Source of the DNA: a virus
Taxonomy: Duplodnaviria > Caudoviricetes
Length of the DNA: 64,000 nucleotides
Virus record (IMG/VR): IMGVR_UViG_3300005614_000005
Location: 1 to 64,000 of that record
Strand: one strand, 5' to 3'
Within the stretch, counting starts at the first letter, position 1, and every line of letters starts with the position of its first letter. This document shows, piece by piece, positions 20,231-29,607 of the stretch. The notes below the pieces were generated by a model that saw nothing but the letters and a program-made list of their open reading frames with translations, had not been told where the DNA came from and did not search any database. The position numbers and the translations under genes are program-made.

Positions 20231-21557
20231 GAGACCGAAGCGTGTCATATATGGTAAGATCGGGCGCAGTGTAATCCTCGATCCCGCGAAGTGGGGACCT
20301 GTCGGAGGGGATCAAGAGCCCAGCCACCTCCTCTACCTCCTCGCCGCACGGCATCCCGACGTGGAGTTCGTTGTCGGCGGACGCTACGCAGTCGCGAAGG
20401 GGCAGGAGCTCCCGCCGAACATCGTGCTGCCCGAGCTCCCGAAGATGCGGACCCGCAACCGTTACGTCAAGGGTGTCCGCCACTTCGACGGGTCGGTGAA
20501 CCCCTGGGAAGACCTGACCGCGATCCTGCGGCCGTACTTCTTGGAGGACGGGGCGAACGTCCAGGTGCTCATGTGGGCCGGTCAGATGGGGACCTCGAAC
20601 GTCCCGATCCCGCGCGTTGAGAATCGGGGTGAACTCACTGAGCCGCAAGACTCCTTCATGAACTACGTTGCGCCGATCACGCTGAACATCAACGCGTGGC
20701 GCGACGAGGATCCGATCGGCCGCGAGGAGGTGTGGGTCCAGTCGGACGTCCGCAACTACCTCAAGTGCCGCGAGCTCAAGTGGCCCCCACGCCACCCCAT
20801 CGTCTCGCAGTTCAACCAGACCCGCAAGGCAAAGCACGAGCGTTGGGGCGACACGCGAAACCCCGCCGAGCTGGGGTTCGACGCGGAGTGGGTACCCGAG
20901 GGTGGCGTCTGGCTCGCACCCCACCACTACGAGTACACGGGACTCGAGGTCATCGCGATCCCCGACGGCTGGGGACCCGAGCTCGACCACGGAGAGCGCG
21001 AGAGCTTCGGGATCCTCATCAACGAAAGCCGGTCGAACGTCGCGCTCGACCGGCCGTCGCTCGTGCGCGACTGGGTCGTCCCCCTGAAACCGTCGTGGAT
21101 CATCGGGAAGTGGCTGCCGAAGGGCGCCGAGATTGCCCGCATCGAGCTGCCGCAGCCCTGCCACCACTCCGAGGTCGGGAAGCTCGTCGGGTCCGTCCGG
21201 TCCACCTTCATGACGCCCGGTAGCGGCTCACGCTGGCCGACCATGAAGGCACACGAGTCCTTCCGCGTCGGGACCATCTGCTTCATGCACCCCGAGTACG
21301 ACGGGCAGGGCCACATCATCCCGACCCGCAAGCAGCTCGAAGCCGGCGCCTGGGAGACCGAGCCGAACCTTCGTGCGCTGGCCGAGTGGCTACGGCCCGC
21401 CACGCCGGAGGACTTGGCGGCGCGGGTCAGGGCCGTGGATGAAAGCCCCGAGACTTACGACTGGCTGCGCGCGGCGCAGCTCGACCTCGAGTCGCGGTAC
21501 ATCGCCGCGGAACGCGGACTCAGCACCATCGAGACGCGACTTGGGTTGCGGCAGTGA
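20223..21557 (+). CDS. GT-B glycosyltransferase resembling T4 DNA beta-glucosyltransferase
   Basis: C-terminal PTMKAHESFRVGTICFMHPEYDGQGHII...EDLAARVRAV...LRAAQ parallels the T4 BGT C-terminus as recalled (TLRVWET...IDEEFDTKHRII...ELIDRVNEL...Q). Confidence 0.65.
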   Translation: MPERPKRVIYGKIGRSVILDPAKWGPVGGDQEPSHLLYLLAARHPDVEFVVGGRYAVAKGQELPPNIVLPELPKMRTRNRYVKGVRHFDGSVNPWEDLTAILRPYFLEDGANVQVLMWAGQMGTSNVPIPRVENRGELTEPQDSFMNYVAPITLNINAWRDEDPIGREEVWVQSDVRNYLKCRELKWPPRHPIVSQFNQTRKAKHERWGDTRNPAELGFDAEWVPEGGVWLAPHHYEYTGLEVIAIPDGWGPELDHGERESFGILINESRSNVALDRPSLVRDWVVPLKPSWIIGKWLPKGAEIARIELPQPCHHSEVGKLVGSVRSTFMTPGSGSRWPTMKAHESFRVGTICFMHPEYDGQGHIIPTRKQLEAGAWETEPNLRALAEWLRPATPEDLAARVRAVDESPETYDWLRAAQLDLESRYIAAERGLSTIETRLGLRQ

Positions 21558-22072
21558 CAAGCCTCTCAGACGAGCTATCTAGGTTGGGCACCGACACCGC
21601 TCGTCACGGGATCCGGCCCAGTGCCGGCGGGGCCACCGTGCCCCGCCGGTCCGCCGATCCGATCGTAGGGTGGCGCACGTGGTACGTCGACCGCGACGGT
21701 GACACGCTGCTCCGCTCGCCCTCCTTCCCCGTCTACCTCTGGCCGGCGCGGCAGCGCGCCGAGGCGGTCTGCCTGGGTAGCGAGCGACGCGAGGAAGCGG
21801 CCCACCTCGCTCCCGAACTCGACTGCACGTGTGGACTACACGCGGGCCGAGAGGAGCCGCCAGACGCCGTCTCAGGGTCGCTCAGCGTCCTGACCGTCAC
21901 CGGTCAGGTATCGCTCTGGGGACTCGTGATCCCGCACGAGCACGGCTGGCGTGCCGAGTACGCGTATCCCTACGAGCTACACGTTCACCCGGGCATCGCG
22001 GGCGTGGAGGAGGCGCAGCGAATCGCGCGCGTGTTGAGTTCCGTCTACGGCGTGGAAGCATGTGTACGATGA
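21554..22072 (+). CDS. Conserved hypothetical protein (GWRxW / CxCG family)
   Basis: IVGWRTW, CTCGLHA, GQVSLWG..IPHEHGWRAEYA. Confidence 0.7.
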   Translation: MTSLSDELSRLGTDTARHGIRPSAGGATVPRRSADPIVGWRTWYVDRDGDTLLRSPSFPVYLWPARQRAEAVCLGSERREEAAHLAPELDCTCGLHAGREEPPDAVSGSLSVLTVTGQVSLWGLVIPHEHGWRAEYAYPYELHVHPGIAGVEEAQRIARVLSSVYGVEACVR

Positions 22073-22242
22073 TGCCGCGGATGAAAATCGGCAAGCCAGC
22101 AAAGGAACCTCCGATCATCATCGATCCCGTGACAGAGCCCGTACCCGAGGTGTTGCCGCCGGTACGTTCGCCCAAAGAAGATCCCGGTCCGGTGCGCGAG
22201 CCCGTACGGAAGCCCGTGCCAATGCCGGAGCCCGCGCGCTAG
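22069..22242 (+). CDS. Small Pro/Glu/Val-rich peptide
   Basis: MKIGKPAKEPPIIIDPVTEPVPE...; overlaps the upstream stop codon. Confidence 0.55.
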   Translation: MMPRMKIGKPAKEPPIIIDPVTEPVPEVLPPVRSPKEDPGPVREPVRKPVPMPEPAR

Positions 22243-22478
22243 TGGGCCTGAGCCACAACACGAACCGCGCGCTCGCGCAGGTGTCGCTCGAGCGCGAGCG
22301 CCAGGAGGCGAAGTGGGGCCACCAGCACCACGAGCCCGACCGCTGGCTTGCGATCCTCGCCGAGGAGTTCGGCGAGGTGGCGAAGGACGTCGTGGAGGGG
22401 AACGACCGCAACTTGTATGTCGAGCTCACCCAGGTCGCCGCGGTAGCGGTCGCCTGGATGGAGGACCTCGCGAAATGA
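22242..22478 (+). CDS. MazG-like nucleotide pyrophosphohydrolase
   Basis: ERERQEAKWG, LAEEFGEVAK, ELTQVAAVAVAW. Confidence 0.8.
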   Translation: MGLSHNTNRALAQVSLERERQEAKWGHQHHEPDRWLAILAEEFGEVAKDVVEGNDRNLYVELTQVAAVAVAWMEDLAK

Positions 22479-22664
22479 ACGGAGGTCACGTCAAGGAGCA
22501 CCACTTCATCCAGCTCTCACCCACCGAGGGCGGCGCACTGCGTGCGCTGCTCGAGGACGTCCGCGATGACGCGAAGGCGTGGCGCATCGGGGTCACCGAG
22601 CTGCAGGACGAAGTGGCGGAGGGTATCATCAAGGTACTGGAACTCGGAGATGGAGAGGAAGCTA

Positions 22665-23300
22665 ATGTCGGGTAGTGCACACATCTCCGCAGATCAGGCG
22701 CAGCACGACCTCCTGCTCGCGCTCGCGCGCCAGGCCACTGCCTCAGCTGAGGCGCTCGAGCGCGACAACGCCGACGAACGCGCCAGCGCCGACGAGGCCA
22801 AGGTCTTCACGTTCGTCGCTGAGATCGAGTCGTGCTCCGTCGGCGAGTGCATCGAGACACTCGGCGAATGGCACCGCAAGGAGCCAGGCAGCCCCATCAC
22901 CCTCGCCCTCAACTCCCCTGGCGGCAGCGTGTTCGACGGGCTGGCGCTCTTCGACTACATCCGATGGCTCGTGAGCGAGGGTCACGACGTCACCACGCTC
23001 GGCATCGGGCAGATCTTCTCGATGGGCGCGGTCGTCCTGCAGGCGGGCTCGCGCCGCGTCATGACCCCGAACTCGTGGCTCATGATCCATGAAGTCTCCA
23101 CCGTCGCGGCGGGTAAGGGCGCGCAGATCGGCGACGAGTCCAAGCTCGTCGGTCGACTCCAGTCGCAGCTTCTTGGGATCCTCGCCGAGCGGAGCGAGTT
23201 CTCGGCACGACAGGTGAAGACGCGGTGGACGCGGAAGGACTGGTATCTCTCGGCACAGGAGGCGCTCAAGCATGGCTTCATCGACTCGGTCCAAGAGTGA
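22665..23300 (+). CDS. ClpP-like protease (S14)
   Basis: LNSPGGSVFDG, FSMG (Ser), MIHE (His), KDWYLSAQEA...GFID. Confidence 0.88.
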   Translation: MSGSAHISADQAQHDLLLALARQATASAEALERDNADERASADEAKVFTFVAEIESCSVGECIETLGEWHRKEPGSPITLALNSPGGSVFDGLALFDYIRWLVSEGHDVTTLGIGQIFSMGAVVLQAGSRRVMTPNSWLMIHEVSTVAAGKGAQIGDESKLVGRLQSQLLGILAERSEFSARQVKTRWTRKDWYLSAQEALKHGFIDSVQE

Positions 23301-23526
23301 CTCCCCCGAGGTCGCGATCGCGAAGCTCGCGGTTCGCAAGATCCAACTCGACCAGGAGCTCCACAAGGTTCGCGACGAACTGAAGAAGGCGGCCCGCGAG
23401 GTGGAGCTCCCCGTCGCCGTGGAGCTGGACGACTTCGCCGTGCTCGTCAAGAAGCCCTACGGCTCTCCCCTGCCGGCAATCGTCATCGCGCCGCTCTTTC
23501 GACGGTAGATGTAGTACGATCCGCGG

Positions 23527-23865
23527 GTGAAGCACCACTACGCCGACAACGCCACCCGCTCCATCGTCTCGCTCCACCCCGCGCCCAACAACGCCACCCA
23601 GTGGTGGATCACGCGTGTTAGCGTCCTCTCGCCGCACCGCGGCCAGGGGATCGCGGGCCTGCTACTCGACCGCGTCTGCGCTGACGCCGACGCCGAGGGA
23701 GTCACCCTCTGGCTGCACGTGAGCCCCGACCTAAGCGAAGGCGAACTGCTCGAGGAACCGCGCCCGAAGGCACTCGACTTCGAGCAGCTCGTCAAGTTCT
23801 ACGCGCGGCGTGGCTTCGAGGAGAACTACGAGCTGCCCGGCGAGATGCGGCGGCTACCGCGGTGA
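23527..23865 (+). CDS. GNAT acetyltransferase
   Basis: HRGQGIAG acetyl-CoA motif; LVKFYARRGF. Confidence 0.85.
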   Translation: MKHHYADNATRSIVSLHPAPNNATQWWITRVSVLSPHRGQGIAGLLLDRVCADADAEGVTLWLHVSPDLSEGELLEEPRPKALDFEQLVKFYARRGFEENYELPGEMRRLPR

Positions 23866-24128
23866 AGGGACCCTACGCGATCTGGGGCTGCCGGCGGGGG
23901 TACGTGCAGATCGGGAGCGCGGTCGACCGACATGAGCAACGTGTTGTGCAGCAGAAAGTTGAGATGCGTGACGCCCTCATGCGAGCAGCACGCAGCATGC
24001 GCTGGACCGCCCGCGCGAACTCGCTACGGGAGGTCGGCGAGGCGCTGATGCGACTCGCGGTAGCGATGCGCATGACGCCGCCGCCCAATCGGTTCGTGGA
24101 CTGGCGCGACAACTGGTCCTGGATATAG

Positions 24129-24154
24129 CTAGGGCGCCGGTGAAGGCGCCCTAG
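24129..24154. terminator. Hairpin between convergent genes
   Basis: CTAGGGCGCC-GGTGAA-GGCGCCCTAG. Confidence 0.6.
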
Positions 24155-24204
24155 AGGTAGCGAGATCTGATCCCGCGCGGACCAACGGCCCGGAGAAGGA
24201 GGTG

Positions 24205-24627
24205 CTACATCCCGGCGACGCCGCCGACCTGAGTCCAGGCCGCGCCGTCCCACTCGACCACGACGGTCGAGACCTTGGAAGCGGTGGTGGAGACGGCGGT
24301 CGCGGAGACCTTGTATTCCGTCCCGAACGTGACGGCGCGGGTGCCCGTGCCGTCCTGGGTGAACTTGAGCTTGATCTGCCGGCCCACGAGCTTGGCGGCA
24401 GCGGGCGGGTTCTTCACTTCGATCGCGCCGGTCAGGGTGCCGACGTTGATCACCTCGCCGTTGCGCGGATCCGGCGTAATTTCCGCAGCGAAGGCTGGTT
24501 TCTGTTCGGTGTACTTCGGCTTCTCGACTTCCTCGACCTTCGTGACGGCTATGGAGACGTCGGGGTTGTCCACCGACGCAGTCGGTAGCGCATCAACGGT
24601 CGTCGGATAGGTGGACGCGGCGCTCAT
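24205..24627 (-). CDS. Putative virion structural or decoration protein
   Basis: TQDGTGTRAVTFG beta-rich motif typical of virion fibre domains; GAGGGAG RBS. Confidence 0.55.
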   Translation of the reverse strand: MSAASTYPTTVDALPTASVDNPDVSIAVTKVEEVEKPKYTEQKPAFAAEITPDPRNGEVINVGTLTGAIEVKNPPAAAKLVGRQIKLKFTQDGTGTRAVTFGTEYKVSATAVSTTASKVSTVVVEWDGAAWTQVGGVAGM

Positions 24628-24704
24628 GCTCTCCCTCTTGAAGTCTCGGTTGCCATCTACATCGATTCTAGCTCGCCGGGGTCGACCGAGAGTACAATCC
24701 GATC

Positions 24705-25967
24705 GTGACGTCACTCACCGAGGCCTTTCAGAAGAGCATGGACCAGGCTAGGGCCCGCTACGGCGGCCAGCCGATCCCCTCGCAGGTCGACCTCGGGAGC
24801 CGCGAAGACCCGAAGAGCATTGACCCCGTGGACCTCGGCGAGGCCATCGACGCGGTCGACCCCACCAAGCTTGACGCGCTCCACCAGCGATACGGCGCAC
24901 CCGCCTTCCGTCACGCCGCCGCGTCACTTCCACCCTCCAAGCTTCAGCGAGCTGCCGGCCACCCGGCCGTCGGTCCCCGCGTCGCCACCTCGCTCCGCGC
25001 AGCCGGCGCCGCCTCGCGCTCGATCCGCAAGGCCATGCTGGAGTCTGACTTCCCCGACTCGACGCCGACGCCCGGCAGCGTCGGCTCCACCGTCGGCGAC
25101 GGCACCGCAAATCCCCCCGCCAACCAGCCCGGTACCTACGTCGCCGAAGCGCCGCCCCTCGAGAAGCCGCTCGGTAACGGCTTCGACGCCGACGGACTTC
25201 AGCGGGTGTGGGCGCTCGTCCAGACCCCGACCGGCAGCACCGAGCCCGACAGCGAGCCGGTGTCGCTCCAGTGGGTCTACCAGGAGCCGATGCTCGGCGT
25301 GAACGACAAGGACGGCACAGCCGGCGGGGACGACGTGATCGGCCCCGGAGATCTCGTGAACTTCAGGGGCGTCGGCGGGTCCGCGCTCCAAGCCGTCGTC
25401 ACCCAGGTCAAGCAGGGCCAGGTCATCGCCGACATCAACGGCGCCACGGTCCAGTACCCACTTACAGCGCTCACGCGCTCCCCCGGCGGGTCCGACCGCC
25501 AGCCGACCCCGTCGCCCGCCATTGCCGGTCCGGTGGACGTGGGCTCGGGTCAGGGCGGCGAGGGCGTCCACAAGAACGATCCCTACTACGGCGGGAAAGA
25601 TGCCGTCGCTGTTGGCGCCGACTCGGTGCGGCCCGACGTGAAAAGCCCAGACGACGGAGCCCCCTTGACGCCCTACAACGACTCGCTTCCCACGACCGAC
25701 GGTCTTCCTCCGGTTGAGCCCGCGTCCAGCTCGCCCGTCAACGGCGGGCCACCCACCGCCACCGAGCTCCAGCTCATCTCCCGCGCCGTCCAGCGACACG
25801 GGAACCAGACGACTGCGACCGCGCTCGACGCACTCAAGGCCGGCGACCCCGATCCCGCGCAGGTGCTCTCGCTTCAGCGCGCGCTCAAGCAGCTCGGCTT
25901 CTCGGCCATCGGCCACCGTGCCCAGGCTGACGCGCTCGTCAAGAAGCTCGATCTCGTCGGGAAGTAA
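24705..25967 (+). CDS. Putative head-associated protein
   Basis: Leaderless TACAAT promoter; low complexity; upstream of the MuF-like gene. Confidence 0.55.
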   Translation: MTSLTEAFQKSMDQARARYGGQPIPSQVDLGSREDPKSIDPVDLGEAIDAVDPTKLDALHQRYGAPAFRHAAASLPPSKLQRAAGHPAVGPRVATSLRAAGAASRSIRKAMLESDFPDSTPTPGSVGSTVGDGTANPPANQPGTYVAEAPPLEKPLGNGFDADGLQRVWALVQTPTGSTEPDSEPVSLQWVYQEPMLGVNDKDGTAGGDDVIGPGDLVNFRGVGGSALQAVVTQVKQGQVIADINGATVQYPLTALTRSPGGSDRQPTPSPAIAGPVDVGSGQGGEGVHKNDPYYGGKDAVAVGADSVRPDVKSPDDGAPLTPYNDSLPTTDGLPPVEPASSSPVNGGPPTATELQLISRAVQRHGNQTTATALDALKAGDPDPAQVLSLQRALKQLGFSAIGHRAQADALVKKLDLVGK

Positions 25968-25969
25968 TC

Positions 25970-26839
25970 ATGGCCGAACAGACCGTCACGCTTCCTGGCG
26001 GGCAGAAAATTGGCTTCCAAGAAATCGTCGCAGGGGTGCTCGCGCAGATCGCAGCGAAGCCGAATGACGTAACCGTTTCGGGCACACTGACAGCTACGTC
26101 AGGTAGTGCCTCCGAAGTCGTTCAGGAATCCGTAGACGGACTGACCATGATTACCGCGTGGTTCCACGGTACGTACGGTTCGGCAACGGTTGTGATGGAA
26201 GCGTCGTTCAACGGTGGTGTATCGTGGATGCCCCTCTTCGGGGGTAATGTCGGGTCCGGCGCTGTTACCACAACGCCACTTTCGCTGAACACTAACTCGC
26301 TGATTGGGTGGGAGGCACCTGTGCCGGCGGGAGTTACACACCTTCGTGCGCACTGTACGGCCATCACGTCCGGCACAGTTGAAGTTACGCTTGCACAGGG
26401 TGGAGGTAACTACGAGACGGTCATGGGAGCGGTTTGCGCCGCGGGCGCAAACACGATCGGCTCCGTCTTCACCCCCGGTCAGTGGACGGACATCAGTTCC
26501 ACGACCCTCGCCGAAAACGCGTCGATGGCGGTGCCCGCGTCAATTGACCTGCTTACGACCGCAACCGCTACGAACTTCAACAACTCGTCTATCGGTGCGG
26601 GTGAGATCCGCGTCAGTGCGACAGCAAACGTTACCGGCACCCTCTTCCTAGAAAACTCGCGCGACAACGCCACGTTCAAGAAGATCAAGTCTGTGAAACT
26701 GGCTCAGGCGGAAGGGTGTGAATTCTTCGGTGAAATCCAGTACCGACCTTCCACGCGGTGGATGCGGGTGGCATTCACCAACGGCGCCGCCGCTCAGACG
26801 TTCTTCTCTTGCCAGATGATTCGTTGCGGGATGGCATAG
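25970..26839 (+). CDS. Putative virion structural protein (beta-rich)
   Basis: Two similar T/S/G-rich units (EASFNGG..W / ENSRDN..F). Confidence 0.55.
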   Translation: MAEQTVTLPGGQKIGFQEIVAGVLAQIAAKPNDVTVSGTLTATSGSASEVVQESVDGLTMITAWFHGTYGSATVVMEASFNGGVSWMPLFGGNVGSGAVTTTPLSLNTNSLIGWEAPVPAGVTHLRAHCTAITSGTVEVTLAQGGGNYETVMGAVCAAGANTIGSVFTPGQWTDISSTTLAENASMAVPASIDLLTTATATNFNNSSIGAGEIRVSATANVTGTLFLENSRDNATFKKIKSVKLAQAEGCEFFGEIQYRPSTRWMRVAFTNGAAAQTFFSCQMIRCGMA

Positions 26840-26842
26840 TGC

Positions 26843-27199
26843 GTGCTGATTCCGCTCTTCAGCGAACTGCTTCTCCAGACGAAATTCACCGTCGCTGCGG
26901 TGAAATCATCTGGCCTGCCGCTCCCTGAAGAACAGACCGCGAGCACATCTAACGTCAACGTCGTTCCCGGCAATGACGGTCGGGTCGTTGTCCGACTTCG
27001 TAATGCAACAGCCTCGCCGGTTGTGGTGTCATTCCACCTCATGCGCGAACTTGACGGCGTAGCGTTCGTCCGCCACGTCACGGTGCCCGCCGAAAGCACC
27101 CTGAGTCTCGGCCGCTTCGACCCGGATGTGTACGGCCACTCGGTTGAATTCACCACACCCGTGCCCGTCACCTTCATGGCCTACCGGACCGAGGGATAG
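26843..27199 (+). CDS. Hypothetical structural protein
   Basis: NDGRVVVRLRN motif; head-gene context. Confidence 0.5.
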   Translation: MLIPLFSELLLQTKFTVAAVKSSGLPLPEEQTASTSNVNVVPGNDGRVVVRLRNATASPVVVSFHLMRELDGVAFVRHVTVPAESTLSLGRFDPDVYGHSVEFTTPVPVTFMAYRTEG

Positions 27200-27208
27200 G
27201 ATCTGAAC

Positions 27209-29311
27209 GTGCTTCCGCCCTCTGGATCGCGACCGCTCGCCAAGGCGGGGTGGAATGAGACCATTCATCCCCGAGCGGTACACGGCAAGTTCACGTTCAC
27301 CGCTAAACAGGTAGGCCGCGCAGCGCGCCACCCACACCAGGTCGCCGACCTGCTACCCGGCACACTCGTGCACGTCAAGCACGCGGGTAGCGGCCACGTG
27401 GTGCAGAGCTCGGGAAAGCACGTGACGGTCCGTCACACCGGCGGAGTCACCCGGACGCATCCACGGGTGCTCGTGAAGGTGGGAAAAACGAAGAAGCCAG
27501 CGCACGAAAGGAAGCTCAAGGGCCGGCGCGGTCGCATCGAGGGGCGGCAGCCGTACCGACTGCGCGCGTTTCGGATGCACAAACCCAAGGTGAACGGAAA
27601 GGTCATCAAGGAGGCGGACCACGAGGGCGTGATGGTCGCGCTCTACCCCGACGGGACGACCCGCGACGCACTCGCGCGGGACGGCGGCGAGCCCGCCGAC
27701 GACCTGCACGTTACCCTCTCATACCTGGGTAGCGCACACGAGCTCGACACGGGTCAGCGAGCGCAGCTCGTCCACATCGTGAACGACTGGGCGAAGGCGA
27801 CGCCCCCGCTCGACGCGAGGGTGGGTGGCGTGGGGCACTTCGATGAGGGAGGTTGCACCTACGCGAGCGTGGACTGCCCACACCTCAACGAGGCGCGTGC
27901 TGAGCTTCACTCACGACTGCGCGCGGCCGGGCTACCGGTCGCCGACGATCACGGGTTCACTCCACACATCACGCTTGCGTACGACGAGGATGAGGCAGAA
28001 GGGCTAGAGAGCGTCCCTGCGGCAAGCTTCAAGGTCGACGGGCCAACCGTCATGATCGGTGGCGAACGACACGAGATGAAGTTCTCGGGCGTCTCCAAGG
28101 GCGACGAATCCGCTGGGATGCGTGTCTCGGGTGATGGGCAAGCGACCCCGACCTCGCCGCTCACCTCGCGTGACTTCAACGGTCCCGGTGAGGCGCCGCT
28201 CACGATCCGGCAAGGTAGCTCGGGTCGGCGCCGACGCGCGCGGACAACCTGCCCGATCTGCGGGCAGAAGCTCAACGAAAACGGCCGCTGCCCCACCCAC
28301 GGCGTCGTGGCGCGGTTTCAGAAGGCGCGTGGCGACGTACACCAGTGGGAGACCTTGCTCGAGCAAGGTCACCTCAAGCAGGCGTTCGACACCGCGCGCG
28401 AACGGTTCGAGTCCGCAGCGCAACCCCACCTCCAGGAGCTCGCGCGCAAAGCGGTGCGCTCCGCACTCGGCCCAGGAGCTGAGGCGGCGCCGCCGGTGTC
28501 GGATGGTAACGGGCTCACGCGTGCGCTGGCTGGTGAGACGGATCGGCTTTACGAGGTGGGGCGCGACACGGTACTACTTGAGCTTCGGAACCAGCACCAC
28601 CGCGCCGGCACTGGACTGCGGCCCGTAGCTCCGGAAGATGTGACGCAACGTCGCGCACACGTCACGAGCGCAGCCGGTGTTGTGGCACGAAACATCGCGC
28701 GTGCCGCCGTCTCGGCAGCGGCAGCTGAGGCGTCGCGGCGTCCTCTCGTCCGCAAGGACAAGCCGCAGCCCCCGCCGAAACTCAGAGATGCCACGGGTCA
28801 CGACCGCTGTCAAGTCTGCCTCATGTTCGATGAAGGAAAGTGCTGGGGGTACGGCGAGTACAAGGTCCGTCCCGACCAGGTGTGCGACAGCTTCTCGCAG
28901 TCGAAGGTTCGCAAGGACGAAGAAGGTGACGAAGAAGAACTCGAACCCACCGCGGAAGAACGTCACAACCGGCTCTACGCCGCTGCGCTCGCCGCCGCCG
29001 AATCGGCGCTCCGCAACGGCGCGCTCCTGACCGCCGCCTACGCGATCAACTCGGGGCGCAGCGACGCCGCCGAAACGAACGCGGGGCAGATCGCACAGGC
29101 GATCTACACGTCCGTCATGGATGAGAACACCTGCGACGAGTGCGCCTCCGACAACGGCACCGCCGTGCAGGTCGGGTCCATCGAATACTACGACATGTCG
29201 CCGCCCAACGAAGACTGCGAGGGCGGGGACCGCTGTCGCTGCGTGTGGATCTACACCGTCAGCGACAGCCTCGCCGCGTTCGGGCTGCCCGAAGAAGGCG
29301 AAGAACCCTAG
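27209..29311 (+). CDS. Multidomain head protein: 2H phosphoesterase, Cys-rich modules and MuF-like C-terminus
   Basis: LHVTL and PHITL (2H); CPICG..CPTH; CQVC..CW..VCD; D.NTCDEC...PP..C.GGDRCRC (MuF/gp7-like). Confidence 0.8.
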   Translation: MLPPSGSRPLAKAGWNETIHPRAVHGKFTFTAKQVGRAARHPHQVADLLPGTLVHVKHAGSGHVVQSSGKHVTVRHTGGVTRTHPRVLVKVGKTKKPAHERKLKGRRGRIEGRQPYRLRAFRMHKPKVNGKVIKEADHEGVMVALYPDGTTRDALARDGGEPADDLHVTLSYLGSAHELDTGQRAQLVHIVNDWAKATPPLDARVGGVGHFDEGGCTYASVDCPHLNEARAELHSRLRAAGLPVADDHGFTPHITLAYDEDEAEGLESVPAASFKVDGPTVMIGGERHEMKFSGVSKGDESAGMRVSGDGQATPTSPLTSRDFNGPGEAPLTIRQGSSGRRRRARTTCPICGQKLNENGRCPTHGVVARFQKARGDVHQWETLLEQGHLKQAFDTARERFESAAQPHLQELARKAVRSALGPGAEAAPPVSDGNGLTRALAGETDRLYEVGRDTVLLELRNQHHRAGTGLRPVAPEDVTQRRAHVTSAAGVVARNIARAAVSAAAAEASRRPLVRKDKPQPPPKLRDATGHDRCQVCLMFDEGKCWGYGEYKVRPDQVCDSFSQSKVRKDEEGDEEELEPTAEERHNRLYAAALAAAESALRNGALLTAAYAINSGRSDAAETNAGQIAQAIYTSVMDENTCDECASDNGTAVQVGSIEYYDMSPPNEDCEGGDRCRCVWIYTVSDSLAAFGLPEEGEEP

Positions 29312-29607
29312 CCGAACAGGGCTTCCTTGACGGCCTCGACCGTCAAGTGCCGGGTGCGTGCGATCTCACGTACGGAGTGCCCCTCTTCCACGTGTTCGTT
29401 GTGGAGCTCTTCACGCACGAGCTCGGCGGTGTCGCGCATCCGTTGCCGTCGAAGCTGGCGCGCCTCGCCCCGGCTCCGCGTTACATACCCGCTTTCGGTG
29501 AGAAGTTGACGGACGCGCTCGCCACTGATCCCGTGGTTAGCACCCACCGCGCGGAGCGACAACTTGCCGCTCTCGTATTCCTCCCACATGTCCTCCACGC
29601 GGCTCAC
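29308..29607 (-). CDS. HTH DNA-binding protein (sigma region-4-like)
   Basis: SLRAVGANHGISGERVRQLL; second HTH SVREIA. Confidence 0.7.
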   Translation of the reverse strand: MSRVEDMWEEYESGKLSLRAVGANHGISGERVRQLLTESGYVTRSRGEARQLRRQRMRDTAELVREELHNEHVEEGHSVREIARTRHLTVEAVKEALFG

